A stretch of 64,000 nucleotides of DNA from Vulcanimicrobiota bacterium (GTDB lineage: Bacteria > Vulcanimicrobiota > Vulcanimicrobiia > Vulcanimicrobiales > Vulcanimicrobiaceae). Under the pieces are notes generated by a model. The model was not told the DNA's origin. It worked only from the letters and a program-made list of their open reading frames with translations, and did no database searches. Made by a program: the position numbers and the translations under genes. This document shows positions 17,608 through 28,959 of this stretch, piece after piece. Positions within the stretch are counted from its first letter, which is position 1. Every line of letters starts with the position of its first letter. Where the stretch lies: assembly GCA_963777315.1 (NCBI GenBank), contig CAVZQC010000004.1, positions 32,001 through 96,000 on the forward strand, given 5' to 3'.

Positions 17608-18630
17608 ATGAACAAACCGTACACGATTGCGACGCTGGGCTCACACTCGGCGCTCCAAATCCTCAAAGGAGCGCACGACGAGGGTTTCCGCACGCTCGCG
17701 ATTGCGAATCGCGACACCGAACGCCTGTACCGCTCGTTCCGCTTCGTCGACGAGGTGATCGGCATCGATCGCTATCAGGAATTCCCCAGTTTGCTGGGCG
17801 AACTGCAGAAGCGAAAGATCGTCATCGTGCCGCACGGCTCGTTCGTCGCCTATCTTTCGCTGGACGAGCACAAGCGAATGACGGTCCCGTACTTCGGGAA
17901 TAAAGCGGTCCTGGACTGGGAAGCCAGCCGCGAGCTGCAGCGCCAGTGGCTCTCGCGCGCCGGACTGACGCTGCCGCGCCAGTTCACCGGCGGCGGCGAG
18001 ATCGACCGCCCGGTGATCGTCAAACTCTACGGCGCCGCGGGCGGCAAGGGTTACATGTTCATTCGCGACGCAACCGACTTCGAGTCGCGAGTCCGCGATC
18101 TCAAAGAAGCCTACATCATTCAAGAATACATCATCGGCGTGCCGCTCTACATCCACTATTTCTATTCGCCGTTGGAAGACAAGCTGGAAATCATGAGCAT
18201 GGACAGGCGCTACGAAACCAACGTGGACTCGCTGGGGCGTATTCCGGCGGCGGCTCAGGAAGGCATGGACGTCAGCCCAGACTACGTGGTGGTCGGCAAC
18301 TCGCCGGTATCGCTGCGCGAGTCGATGCTTGCGCAGGCATACCGCATGGGGGAGGACGTCGTGCGCGTCAGCAAAGAAATCTGCGGTCCCAAAGGGTTGT
18401 TCGGCGCGTTCTGCATCGAAACGATCATCACGCCGGACATGCAGTTCTACGTGATGGAGATTTCGGCGCGCATCGTTGCGGGTACGAACCTGTTCATCGA
18501 CGGCTCGCCGTACTCGTACTTGAACTACTCCGAGCCGATGTCGACCGGGCGGCGAATCGCCCGGGAACTCAAAAACGCACTTTTGACCAACAATCTCCGT
18601 TTCGTATTAGATGATTCGAGCGTCCTGTAA
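17608..18630 (+). CDS. purP: Archaeal-type formate-dependent FAICAR synthetase (ATP-grasp, DUF1246/DUF1297)
   Basis: IATLGSHSALQILKGA, PHGSFVAY, GGKGY, DRRYETN, VVGN, LRES, EISARIVAGTN, MSTGRRIA. Confidence 0.9.
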   Translation: MNKPYTIATLGSHSALQILKGAHDEGFRTLAIANRDTERLYRSFRFVDEVIGIDRYQEFPSLLGELQKRKIVIVPHGSFVAYLSLDEHKRMTVPYFGNKAVLDWEASRELQRQWLSRAGLTLPRQFTGGGEIDRPVIVKLYGAAGGKGYMFIRDATDFESRVRDLKEAYIIQEYIIGVPLYIHYFYSPLEDKLEIMSMDRRYETNVDSLGRIPAAAQEGMDVSPDYVVVGNSPVSLRESMLAQAYRMGEDVVRVSKEICGPKGLFGAFCIETIITPDMQFYVMEISARIVAGTNLFIDGSPYSYLNYSEPMSTGRRIARELKNALLTNNLRFVLDDSSVL

Positions 18631-19729
18631 AGTCTTGGCCTTGGCGCTGTGCGCCCTCCTCGCCGTCGCCCCGCTGCGTTCGCGGGCGGCCTTCATGGCC
18701 GATCCCGATGCGTTGTACCGCGAGATGAAGGCGGCGTACGAAAAGGGGAACGCGCAAGGCTGGACGTTTTATAACCAGGAGTACTATCTCTCGACGCTGT
18801 TCAACGCCGGGCGCGCGTATTCTCTGCAGCGTCCCGACGATCCGGCGTACGCGCCGATCCAACAGACGACCGTCGACGTCGCGGCGGGCGTTCATTACGA
18901 TCCGCTGGTCAACCACGAAGCGGTTCCGTGGTACGTGCGGGAGGCAGCGCTGTACGTGCAGCGCGTCAACGCCAATCCGGCGGAGGTCTCAAAGGCCAAA
19001 GACTTGCTGGCGCGCGTCGATGCGCTGGAGGATCCGGCGGCGCTCGCGCGCTTTGCGGACGAAGATGCCGCCGCCAACGAGGCGCAGTACCCGCACGACT
19101 TCAATGCGACCTTGCAGCGAGTCGAAGCGAACTGGCGCGGATGGCTGATCACGCATGACACGTCGTGGCGCAGTTTGGCGCTGGAACGCGCCGCTGCGCC
19201 GGAATTCCCAATCGCCGATCTGCCCACGTCCTGGGGTCCGGCCTTCCTCAAAGCGGTAACGGACGCGGCCGCCGGCGCGGACGGCTATACCGCCGGAGAT
19301 CAGTCCAACGCCAAAACGATCGTGGATCGCATCGAGAAAATAACCCCGCTCAAAACGATCGAAAGCGTCATAGCGGCGCCTTCGCACGCACGCCAGATGA
19401 CCACGCTCGCGCCCGCGGACGAATACTTCGGTCCGATGGGCATGTCGATCTTAGGCATACGCAACGAGCTCAATCACGTCAACTACATGATCGGCTACGG
19501 GTACGCGCGTCAAGAGAGCAGTATCGCCGTGCAGATCGCCGTTTCGATCGACGATTTGCACAAGGTGTATCCGCGGGATCGCGATCTGCCCAAACTGTTG
19601 GCCGACGTTTACGACACGCTGACCAAGATTGATACCTCGGACGCGCAGGCAGCGCGCGCGCACGTGCGAGCGATTTTGACCGTGGAGTACCAGGACAGCA
19701 AACAGGCTCAAGATTTGCTGCACGCCTGA
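18611..19729 (+). CDS. Secreted helical hypothetical protein
   Basis: Signal-peptide-like N terminus; 372 aa open frame continuing the operon. Confidence 0.7.
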   Translation: MIRASCKVLALALCALLAVAPLRSRAAFMADPDALYREMKAAYEKGNAQGWTFYNQEYYLSTLFNAGRAYSLQRPDDPAYAPIQQTTVDVAAGVHYDPLVNHEAVPWYVREAALYVQRVNANPAEVSKAKDLLARVDALEDPAALARFADEDAAANEAQYPHDFNATLQRVEANWRGWLITHDTSWRSLALERAAAPEFPIADLPTSWGPAFLKAVTDAAAGADGYTAGDQSNAKTIVDRIEKITPLKTIESVIAAPSHARQMTTLAPADEYFGPMGMSILGIRNELNHVNYMIGYGYARQESSIAVQIAVSIDDLHKVYPRDRDLPKLLADVYDTLTKIDTSDAQAARAHVRAILTVEYQDSKQAQDLLHA

Positions 19730-19732
19730 TCC

Positions 19733-21028
19733 CTACGGCTGAACTGCGGCCAGCGAGCCTTCGAATGCCTCCAGAAATTCGCGCGAATCGTCGTCGGTGA
19801 AGATCAGCGGAGGCTGAATGCGGATGATGTTGCTGAAGCGGCCGCCCTTACCGACCAGGACGCCGCGCGTGCGCATCTCTTCAAGCAGGCGTGTTGCCTC
19901 CTTGGCGGCATGAGCTTTGGTGCTGCGGTCGGTGACCAGTTCGACGCCGATCATCAGGCCGCGGCCGCGCACGTCGCCCACGATGGGATACCGCGTCTGC
20001 AAATCGCGCAGTCCGGCCAGCAGCCTTTCGCCCTGGCGCTTCGAGTTGCCGATCAGGTCGCGCTTTTCGACGACGTCGATCGTCACCTTCGCGGCCCGGC
20101 TGGACAGCGGATTGCCCCCGAACGTGTTGATGTGCGGGCCTTTGAAGACGTCCGCCAATTCCGGGCGGGTAATGGTGATGCCGATAGGCACTCCCGATCC
20201 CAAACCCTTGGCCGACGTGATGATGTCCGGCACGACGCCGTACGTCGAACTGATGCCGAACATTCCGTCTCCAAGGCGGCCCCATCCGGCCTGCACCTCA
20301 TCGGCGATGAGCAGCGTGCCGAACGGTTCGAGCGTTTCGCGCAAGACTTTGAAGTATTCCGGCGGAGGCGCGATGATGCCGCCGACGCCCGCGATCGTCT
20401 CGGCAATCATGGCCGCGGGCGCGCCGTCGGTTTGCGTTTCGATCGTTCGTTTAGCCGACTTCGCGCAGGCGATCCCGCAGGACGGATACGTGAGGTTGAG
20501 CGGACAACGGTAGCAGTAGGGAGCGGGCACGAATGCTACGTGCGGATACTGCGCCGCGAAGTTGCGCCAGTTGCTTTGCCCGGCCATTGCAACGGTGTAC
20601 ACGGTGCGCCCATGATAGGCGTTTTCGAGCGCCAGGAAATCGGGCGACTTGCGGACCGAACGCGCGACGAGCGCCGCGACCTCGTTGGCTTCCGATCCCG
20701 AATTGCTAAAGAAGCTCTTGGTCATTCCCTGGGGAGCCACGTCGGCCACTTTTTCAGCCAGATCCAGCATCTCGTCGGTCAAATAGAGCGTTGAAACGTG
20801 AATCAGCTTTTGAGCTTGCTCCGCGACGGCTTGCGCGACTTCGGTGTCGCCGTATCCGACGGTGTTGGTGGCGATGCCCGCAAATGCGTCCAAGTAGTCG
20901 CGTCCGGCATCGTCGCGCACGCGCGCGCCTTCGCCGCCGGTGAGCGTGAGCGGCTGTTCGTAATACGTCGCCTGCGAGGCGAAGAGATGATCTTTGGCGC
21001 GCTTGGCGTTGTTCTTGAGTAATCGCAT
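19733..21028 (-). CDS. Class III PLP aminotransferase (probable beta-alanine aminotransferase)
   Basis: YLDAFAGI, NSGSEANE, AYHG, ADEVQAGWGR, SAKGLG, NTFGGNP; last gene of the pyrimidine catabolism operon. Confidence 0.9.
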   Translation of the reverse strand: MRLLKNNAKRAKDHLFASQATYYEQPLTLTGGEGARVRDDAGRDYLDAFAGIATNTVGYGDTEVAQAVAEQAQKLIHVSTLYLTDEMLDLAEKVADVAPQGMTKSFFSNSGSEANEVAALVARSVRKSPDFLALENAYHGRTVYTVAMAGQSNWRNFAAQYPHVAFVPAPYCYRCPLNLTYPSCGIACAKSAKRTIETQTDGAPAAMIAETIAGVGGIIAPPPEYFKVLRETLEPFGTLLIADEVQAGWGRLGDGMFGISSTYGVVPDIITSAKGLGSGVPIGITITRPELADVFKGPHINTFGGNPLSSRAAKVTIDVVEKRDLIGNSKRQGERLLAGLRDLQTRYPIVGDVRGRGLMIGVELVTDRSTKAHAAKEATRLLEEMRTRGVLVGKGGRFSNIIRIQPPLIFTDDDSREFLEAFEGSLAAVQP

Positions 21029-21032
21029 CCGG

Positions 21033-22523
21033 TTAGGCCTCCGTGGGAAGGAGCGTTGAAGGTGATTCTTCGGCAGTAGCGGATCGCCGTTCGCCGCGCA
21101 TGAGCAGCCAATATGCCAGCGAACCGCCCAGCAGGCTGAAAATCCAGCCGCCGCTCCACAAAAAACGCAGCGCCGGAAAGGCCAGTCCCAGCAGAGCGAC
21201 GCCCCATCCGGCCAGCAGCGCCAGAACCGCGCGCACGTTGAACCCGCGCGCGTACGAATATATTCCGCCCGGTTTGTAGAGCTGCAAAAGGTCGAGCCGT
21301 TTCTTGCGCACCAGCCAGTAATCCGCAATCGCTATGCCGTCGAACGAACCGAGCATTGCCCCATACGTTCCCAGCCAAGTGAAGATGTACGTCGCGAACG
21401 TTGCCAGCACGTACCACGGCTGCATGGCTAGGCTCAGCAAACCGGTGATAACGGCGCCGGCCGCAAAGGTGACGCGCTGCGGCCAGACGTTCTCAAACGC
21501 GCGCGCAGGCGCCATGACGTTTGCGCCCACGTTGATCGTCACCGACGACAAAATAACGATGATGCCCGCCACGACGGCAACGCCCGTGGGGAACTTGACG
21601 ATAAGATCGATTGGATTCCACAGCGCCGTTCCAAAGAGCAGCACGGTGGCCGAGGTCACGGCAATGCCGACGAACGAAAAAATCGCCATCGTGACGGGCA
21701 TGGACAACGCTTGTCCCAGCATTTGGCCGCGTTGGGTGCGCGCGTAACGGGTGTAGTCGGGAATGTTCAGCGCCAGCGTCGCCCAAAACGCGATCACTCC
21801 TACGACCGAAGGGTAGAAGGCGTTCCAAAATGCCGGGCCGTGCAGTTTAGCCGGCGTCGACAACATCGGCCCGAAACCGCCCGCGCTTACCGCCGCCCAT
21901 GCCAGCAATGCAGCGGCGCCGAGCGCTAGCGTGGGAGCGGCAATCTGCGCGAGTCTTCCGATTGCCTGTGGGCCTCGCGCTGCAATTGCGACGTTGATGA
22001 TCCAAAAGACGGCGAACGCGATGGGAAGATGTGCCGCAAGCGTGTGCCATGATGGTACGGTCCTGAGCAGTATGGCGTCCAACGCTTGACCGCCGAACCA
22101 GGAGTTGATACCGAACCAGCCCGCGGCAATGAGCGCGCGCGCGAGCGCAGGTACGTGCGCGCCCCGCGTGCCGAACCACAGGCGCGCGAACACCGGATAA
22201 GGGATGCCGTACTTCGTTCCCGCGTGCGAGACCAGCAGAATGGCGCCCATGACGACGATGCTTCCGGTAAAAACCGTGAGAACCGATTCCCACCAGTTCA
22301 TACCCAGCGCAATCATGCCGCTGGCCAGCGAGTACGTCGGCAGGCACAAGCACATTCCGATCCACAGCGCGGCGAACTTGCCGCCCGGCCACGAGTGTTC
22401 GGCAATCGTGCAGGGGCGCAAGTCTTCATTCCACATCGAGCCGTTCTGCGCCGCAGCTGCCTGCGCTTCGTCGGTCAGCACGATGAAGTCGCCTACGCGC
22501 ACCTGCGTGATCGGCGGTTGCAT
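21033..22523 (-). CDS. NCS1 nucleobase:cation symporter
   Basis: NEDLRP, GTKYGIPYPV, FWATLALNIPDYTRY, ADYWLV; multiple TM helices. Confidence 0.92.
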   Translation of the reverse strand: MQPPITQVRVGDFIVLTDEAQAAAAQNGSMWNEDLRPCTIAEHSWPGGKFAALWIGMCLCLPTYSLASGMIALGMNWWESVLTVFTGSIVVMGAILLVSHAGTKYGIPYPVFARLWFGTRGAHVPALARALIAAGWFGINSWFGGQALDAILLRTVPSWHTLAAHLPIAFAVFWIINVAIAARGPQAIGRLAQIAAPTLALGAAALLAWAAVSAGGFGPMLSTPAKLHGPAFWNAFYPSVVGVIAFWATLALNIPDYTRYARTQRGQMLGQALSMPVTMAIFSFVGIAVTSATVLLFGTALWNPIDLIVKFPTGVAVVAGIIVILSSVTINVGANVMAPARAFENVWPQRVTFAAGAVITGLLSLAMQPWYVLATFATYIFTWLGTYGAMLGSFDGIAIADYWLVRKKRLDLLQLYKPGGIYSYARGFNVRAVLALLAGWGVALLGLAFPALRFLWSGGWIFSLLGGSLAYWLLMRGERRSATAEESPSTLLPTEA

Positions 22524-22527
22524 GCGC

Positions 22528-23412
<885 letters not shown>

Positions 23413-23428
23413 ATTACTCTCCTCGGCT

Positions 23429-24820
23429 CTAGAGAGCCGCCGGATGGAACGCGGCGCTCTTTTGGAACCGGCCCGCGCCCTTTTTGCCCACGAACGCATT
23501 GCCGTCGGCAACCATGCGGCCGCGCGAAAATACGTAGCGCGGACAGCCCTCGATCGTCATGCCTTCGAACACGTTGTTGTCGACGTTCATGTGATGTGTT
23601 TGCGGCGAAATGGTGCGCTTCTTGGCGGGATCCCACACGACGATGTCCGCATCGCTTCCGACCGCGATCGTTCCCTTGCGCGGAAATAAGCCGAAAAACT
23701 TCGCGGGATTGGTCGAGCCCAGCGCCACGAAGTTGTTCAACCCCAAAACGTTGCGGTTCACGCCCACCTCGTACAGGATCGATAGACGGTCCTCGATGGT
23801 AGGCGCGCCGTTGGGGATCTTCGAGAAGTCGTTTCTGCCCAGTTCCTTTTGCCCGCATAAATTGAACGAGCAGTGGTCCGAACCGAAGCTGTGCAGTTCC
23901 ATGTTCATCAGCTTGCGAAGGAGCACGTCCTGGTTCCATTTGTCGCGAATCGGGGGCGACAGCACGTATTTGGCTCCCTCGAAATTGGGACGTTCGTAAT
24001 CGGCGAATTCGCAGACCAAATATTGCGGACACGTTTCACCGTAGACGTGCAGGCCGCGCTTGCGGCCGTCGGAGATCGCGTCGGCCGCCATGGCGCTGGA
24101 AACGTGCACGACGTAGAGCGGTGCGCCGGCAATCTCCGCCAACCGAATCGCGCGCTCCGTCGCCTCGCCTTCGCACTCCACCGGACGGGTGAGCGCGTGC
24201 CATTTCGGCTCCGTCTTGCCTTCCGCGAGAGCTTGCTTTGTGATCACGTCGATCACGTCCCCGTTCTCGGCGTGCACTTGAACCAAACCCCCGTGCTTGC
24301 CGCACGTCTGCAGGGTCTTGAAAATCGTTTCGTCGTCGACTTGCAGCACGTGTTTGTACGCCATGAAAACCTTGAACGAGTTCACGCCGTGCTGCGCGAT
24401 CATTACAGGAATCTCGTTCATGGTATCCTCGCGGCCGTCCGCGATGGTCAAATGGAAGGCGTAGTCGATGCACGCTTTTCCGGAGGCCTTCTCGTGCCAA
24501 GCGTCCAGTGCGTGCGCGAGGGAATCTCCGCGCGTGTGAAGCGCGAAATCGACGATGGTCGTCGTTCCGCCCATGGCGGCGGCTCGCGTGCCGCTTTCGA
24601 AGTCGTCGGCGGTGACCGTTCCTCCGAACGGCATGTCCAAATGCGTGTGCGGGTCGATGCCGCCCGGAAAGACGTAACCGTCGCTTGCGTCGACGATTTC
24701 GTGCGCCGCGCCGTCGAGATTGCGCCCGATCGTCGCAATGCGCTCCCCTTCGATGAGAACGTCGCCGCGGTACATGTCGCTTGCGGTCACCACCGTACCG
24801 CCCCGGACCAATGTGCCCAA
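23429..24820 (-). CDS. hydA: Dihydropyrimidinase
   Basis: PGGIDPHTH, SFKVFMAY, HAENGD, VVHVS, SDHC, IPNG. Confidence 0.95.
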   Translation of the reverse strand: MGTLVRGGTVVTASDMYRGDVLIEGERIATIGRNLDGAAHEIVDASDGYVFPGGIDPHTHLDMPFGGTVTADDFESGTRAAAMGGTTTIVDFALHTRGDSLAHALDAWHEKASGKACIDYAFHLTIADGREDTMNEIPVMIAQHGVNSFKVFMAYKHVLQVDDETIFKTLQTCGKHGGLVQVHAENGDVIDVITKQALAEGKTEPKWHALTRPVECEGEATERAIRLAEIAGAPLYVVHVSSAMAADAISDGRKRGLHVYGETCPQYLVCEFADYERPNFEGAKYVLSPPIRDKWNQDVLLRKLMNMELHSFGSDHCSFNLCGQKELGRNDFSKIPNGAPTIEDRLSILYEVGVNRNVLGLNNFVALGSTNPAKFFGLFPRKGTIAVGSDADIVVWDPAKKRTISPQTHHMNVDNNVFEGMTIEGCPRYVFSRGRMVADGNAFVGKKGAGRFQKSAAFHPAAL

Positions 24821-24830
24821 CGCAGTTTCC

Positions 24831-26084
24831 TTACGGCGGCGACGCCGCCGCGCGCTCTTTCCAGGATTGCGGCGGCAAGCCGGTGTCTATTTCGACCATT
24901 TCGATGCAGTGTTCGACTGGGCACACCATGTGGCACAGGTTGCACCCCACGCAGTGCTCTTCGTCCACGACCACCATCGCCGAACCGTTGGCGCCGATGC
25001 GGTCGATGCACTGGTGAGCCGCGTCTTCGCACGCGATGTAGCACTTGTTGCAGCGAATGCACTTGTCCTGATCGATGCGCGCGACGACCTTGTAGTTCAG
25101 ATTGAGATTCTCCCAGGTCGTGACGCGGTCTGCTGCGGCGCCCTGCAACTGTGAAACGCCGGCCATCCCGCGCGAGTCCAAGTACGAGGACAGCCCGTCG
25201 ATCAGATCGTCCGCGATCCGGAAACCATGGTGCATGACCGCAGTGCACACCTGCACGTTGGTCGCGCCCAGCAAGAGAAACTCGGCTGCATCGCGCCACG
25301 TTTCGATGCCGCCGATGCCGGAAATCGGAACGTTCACCTGTGGATCGCGCGCGCAGTCGTTGACCATGTTGAGCGCGATGGGCTTGACCGCCGGTCCGCA
25401 GTATCCTCCGTGGCTGGTTTTTCCGTCGACCTGCGGGATGGGGTCCCACGATTCCAGATCCACCCCGATGATGCTGTTGATCGTGTTGATCAGACTGATT
25501 GCGTCGGCTCCGCCCTGCGCCGCGCCGCGGGCGGCCCACCGGATGTCCGTGATGTTGGGCGTGAGCTTGACGATAACGGGTACGCGTGCAGCCTCTTTGA
25601 CCCACTGCGTGACCTGCGCTATCAGATCGGCGTGCTGTCCCACCGCGGAACCCATCCCGCGTTCGCTCATGCCGTGCGGGCAGCCGAAGTTCAGCTCGAA
25701 GCCGTCGATATCGACTTCTTGAACCCGCCGGACCAGCTCGTGCCAGGCCGCGCGCTCGCAGCGCTCCATCAGCGAAGCGACGATCGCGCGATCGGGAAAC
25801 GCAGCTTTACACTCGGCGATTTCGCGCAGGTTATCTTCGAGCGGCCGGTCCGTAATCAGCTCGATGTTGTTCATTCCGACGATCTTAGTCTGCCTGTAAT
25901 CCAGCGCTGCGAAGCGCGACGTGACGTTGACGATGGGCGTGCCGAGCGTTTTCCATACCGCTCCGCCCCAGCCGGCTTCGAAGGCGCGCATGACTTGATA
26001 TCCGCTGTTGGTCGGCGGCGCCGATGCCAGCCAAAACGGATTGGGGCTCACGATGCCGGCAAGGTTCGTGCGCAAGTCTGCCAT
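24831..26084 (-). CDS. preA: NAD-dependent dihydropyrimidine dehydrogenase subunit PreA
   Basis: NPFWLASAPPT, NNIELITDR, ELNFGCPHGMSERGMG, two C-terminal 4Fe-4S motifs. Confidence 0.95.
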   Translation of the reverse strand: MADLRTNLAGIVSPNPFWLASAPPTNSGYQVMRAFEAGWGGAVWKTLGTPIVNVTSRFAALDYRQTKIVGMNNIELITDRPLEDNLREIAECKAAFPDRAIVASLMERCERAAWHELVRRVQEVDIDGFELNFGCPHGMSERGMGSAVGQHADLIAQVTQWVKEAARVPVIVKLTPNITDIRWAARGAAQGGADAISLINTINSIIGVDLESWDPIPQVDGKTSHGGYCGPAVKPIALNMVNDCARDPQVNVPISGIGGIETWRDAAEFLLLGATNVQVCTAVMHHGFRIADDLIDGLSSYLDSRGMAGVSQLQGAAADRVTTWENLNLNYKVVARIDQDKCIRCNKCYIACEDAAHQCIDRIGANGSAMVVVDEEHCVGCNLCHMVCPVEHCIEMVEIDTGLPPQSWKERAAASPP

Positions 26085-26086
26085 GG

Positions 26087-27400
26087 CTAGCGCGCTCTTT
26101 CAACCGACGACACGTACGCGTCGACGCTGCGGGCCGCGCGTTTGCCTTGTTCGGCCGCTTCGACGACCATCGCCTCGCGCATCCCTTTTTCGAAAATGCA
26201 GTCGCCTGCGGCAAAAATTCCCGGGCGCGTGGTTTGCAGCTGCGCATCGACGCGCACGACGCCGTCGTCGTGCGCAATGCGCAACCCATCGAATATGCCG
26301 AGCAGCCGGCTTTGGCCCACCGCACGAATGACGGTGTCGGCCGCTTCGACGAATTCGCTGCCCGAAATCATTTCCGGTACGGCGCGGCCTTCCCGTAAGA
26401 CGGTGCGGACGAACTCGACCGCGCTTGCGCGGCCGTTCTGCGCGATGATGCGCGTGGGCATGCAGAAGAAGCGGAATTCGACACCTTCCTGTTTGGCGAA
26501 CGCGTACTCGAACTCGTAGGCCGTCATCTGCTCCTGACCGCGCCGGTAGTAGCACGTCACTCGCGCCGACGGAGCGATCCGTTTGCTGCACGTAAGCGCA
26601 TCGATTGCGGTATTGCCTGCGCCGATGACCGCGACCCGCTGCCCTAACGGTCCCACGTCCTCTCCGAGCTTGGCGCGTTCGATGAAGTCGAGGGCGTCCC
26701 ACACTCCTTGCAAGTCTTCGCCGGGAACGTTCAATCGGGGAACGCTGCCCATCCCGCACGCCAAAATGACCGCATCGTAGTCGCGCGTCAGATCTTCGAT
26801 GCGAACGTCTTCGCCGACGCGCGTGGACGTACGGACCGTAACGCCCATCGCCGCGACCTGGGCGGCTTCCCAGAGCGCGGTTTCCAAATCGAGCCGGAAG
26901 GGAACGATGCCGTACGTGTTCAAACCGCCCAGCGCATCGTGCGCCTCGAAAATGGTTACGGCATGGCCCATGCGCCGCAAGTCGCGCGCTGCCGAAAGAC
27001 CTGCCGGGCCGCCGCCGACGATTGCGACGCATTTGCCCGTTTCCGCCCCGGCTTCGAATAGCGTTGCAGCATCGCGCATCACGCTGTCGACGGCGTAACG
27101 CTGCAAGTCGCCGATGCGGATCGGCGAGTCCCCGGCCGCGTTGTACACGCACGCGCCTTCGCACAGCTGCTCGGTCGGGCAAACTCGCGCGCAGCTGGCT
27201 CCCATCGGGTTTGCATCCATGATCACGCGCGCGCTGCCTTTGACGTTGCCGGTGGTGATCTTGCGGATGAAGGACGCGACGTCGATATGCGTGGGACATG
27301 CGTTCATGCAGGGCGCGTCGTAGCAGTTCAGGCACCGGTTGGCTTCGAGCCGCACCTCCACGTCGGAGAGCGTGCGGTGAATGGATTCGCCCAAAATCAC
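26087..27400 (-). CDS. preT: Dihydropyrimidine dehydrogenase subunit PreT (GltD-like)
   Basis: [36 protein letters not shown] overlaps the upstream TGA at 27397. Confidence 0.9.
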   Translation of the reverse strand: MILGESIHRTLSDVEVRLEANRCLNCYDAPCMNACPTHIDVASFIRKITTGNVKGSARVIMDANPMGASCARVCPTEQLCEGACVYNAAGDSPIRIGDLQRYAVDSVMRDAATLFEAGAETGKCVAIVGGGPAGLSAARDLRRMGHAVTIFEAHDALGGLNTYGIVPFRLDLETALWEAAQVAAMGVTVRTSTRVGEDVRIEDLTRDYDAVILACGMGSVPRLNVPGEDLQGVWDALDFIERAKLGEDVGPLGQRVAVIGAGNTAIDALTCSKRIAPSARVTCYYRRGQEQMTAYEFEYAFAKQEGVEFRFFCMPTRIIAQNGRASAVEFVRTVLREGRAVPEMISGSEFVEAADTVIRAVGQSRLLGIFDGLRIAHDDGVVRVDAQLQTTRPGIFAAGDCIFEKGMREAMVVEAAEQGKRAARSVDAYVSSVERAR

Positions 27401-28900
27401 GTGGGGAAGCCTAAGTTGATTCCCGCGCCGGCATCGTGCCAGCGCGCAGTTATCGCTTTTCCGCGCGTGTAAAACCGGAATCCGTCCTCGCCGTAAACGT
27501 GCAAATCGCCGAAGAGCGACGCCTTCCAGCCGCCGAAGTCTGTAGTAGCCCACAGGTACGGGGATTGGGACGTTGATGCCGACCATGCCGGCATCGACCT
27601 CGCTTTGAAATCGGCGCGCTGCCGCGCCGCTTCGCGTGAAGATCGACGCGCCGTTGCCGTACGGGTTTGCGCGCAAAACCGCGAGCGCAGCCTCGAGCGT
27701 GTCGACCCGCACGTTCACCAGGACGGGACCGAAGATCTCGTCACGGTAGATCGACATCCCGGCGTCCACGCCGTCGAACAGCGTTGGACCGACGAAAAAG
27801 CCGCTTTCATGCCCGGCAACACGCAGCGAACGTCCGTCGAGCACCAGCGTTGCGCCTTCGCGCTGTCCCTGCTCGATGTACTTGACGATGCGCTCGCGTG
27901 CGGCGCCGCTGATAACGGGGCCCATGTCGTTGCTCGCGTCGTGTCCGGGGCCGATCTTCAGTGCGCGCACACGCGATTTCACGCGTTCGAGCAGCGGTTC
28001 CGCCGCCGAACCGACGCAGACCGATGCCGAGATCGCCATGCAGCGCTGGCCGGCGGATCCGTACGCAGCCGAAACCAGCGCGTCGGCGGCGGCGTCCATG
28101 TCCGCATCGGGCATGACGACCATGTGGTTTTTGGCTCCGCCCAGCGCCTGCACGCGCTTACCGTTCGCGGCAGCGGCGGCGTAAACGTATTTCGCGATCG
28201 GCGTCGAGCCTACGAAACTCACCGCGTTGACCAGCGGGTGTGCGAGCAGCGCATCGACGGCGGCTTTGTCGCCGTGCACGACGTTGAATACGCCGGGCGG
28301 AAGCCCGGCGCGTTCGAGCAACTGCGCGACCAGCACCGAAGCGGACGGATCGCGTTCGGACGGCTTGAGCAGGAACGTATTGCCGCACGCGAGCGCGATC
28401 GCGAACATCCACGCGGGCACCATCATCGGAAAGTTGAACGGCGTAATGCCGGCGCACACGCCGACGCTCTGGCGAATCGAATACGTGTCGACGGCCGTGG
28501 AAACGTTTTCGCTGTATTGCCCTTTGAGCTGGTGGGGCAGCGAGCATGCGAAGTCGACGACCTCCAGCGCCCGCGTCACCTCGCCCGCGGCGTCGCTCAC
28601 GATCTTGCCGTGCTCGGCCGAAACGATTTGCGCCAGCTGCGCCGCGTTGTCTTTGAGCAGCGCGCGGAAGGCAAAGAGAACCTCGGCGCGCTTGCCGAGC
28701 GGCGTGCGGCTCCAGGCGGAAAAGGCGCCGGCGGCGGCCCGGACGGCAGTATCGACGGTCGCTTCGTCGGCAAGCGGAACGCGCGACTGCACGCAGCCCG
28801 AAGCGGGGTCGAAGACCTCGCCGAAACGCCCGGTTTGCGCATGGTCCAGCCGTCCATCGATGTAGTGCGCGACGGTGCGAATCGTTGCCGGAGCTTCCAT
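27397..28900 (-). CDS. mmsA: CoA-acylating (methyl)malonate-semialdehyde dehydrogenase with apparent frameshift at ~27540
   Basis: [42 protein letters not shown]-terminal [11 protein letters not shown] lies in the next frame. Confidence 0.9.
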
Positions 28901-28959
28901 ATTTTGAGATTCTCTTATGAGGCGGGGAGCTCCCGTAGCAGCGTCTAAGCTGCCGCCTC

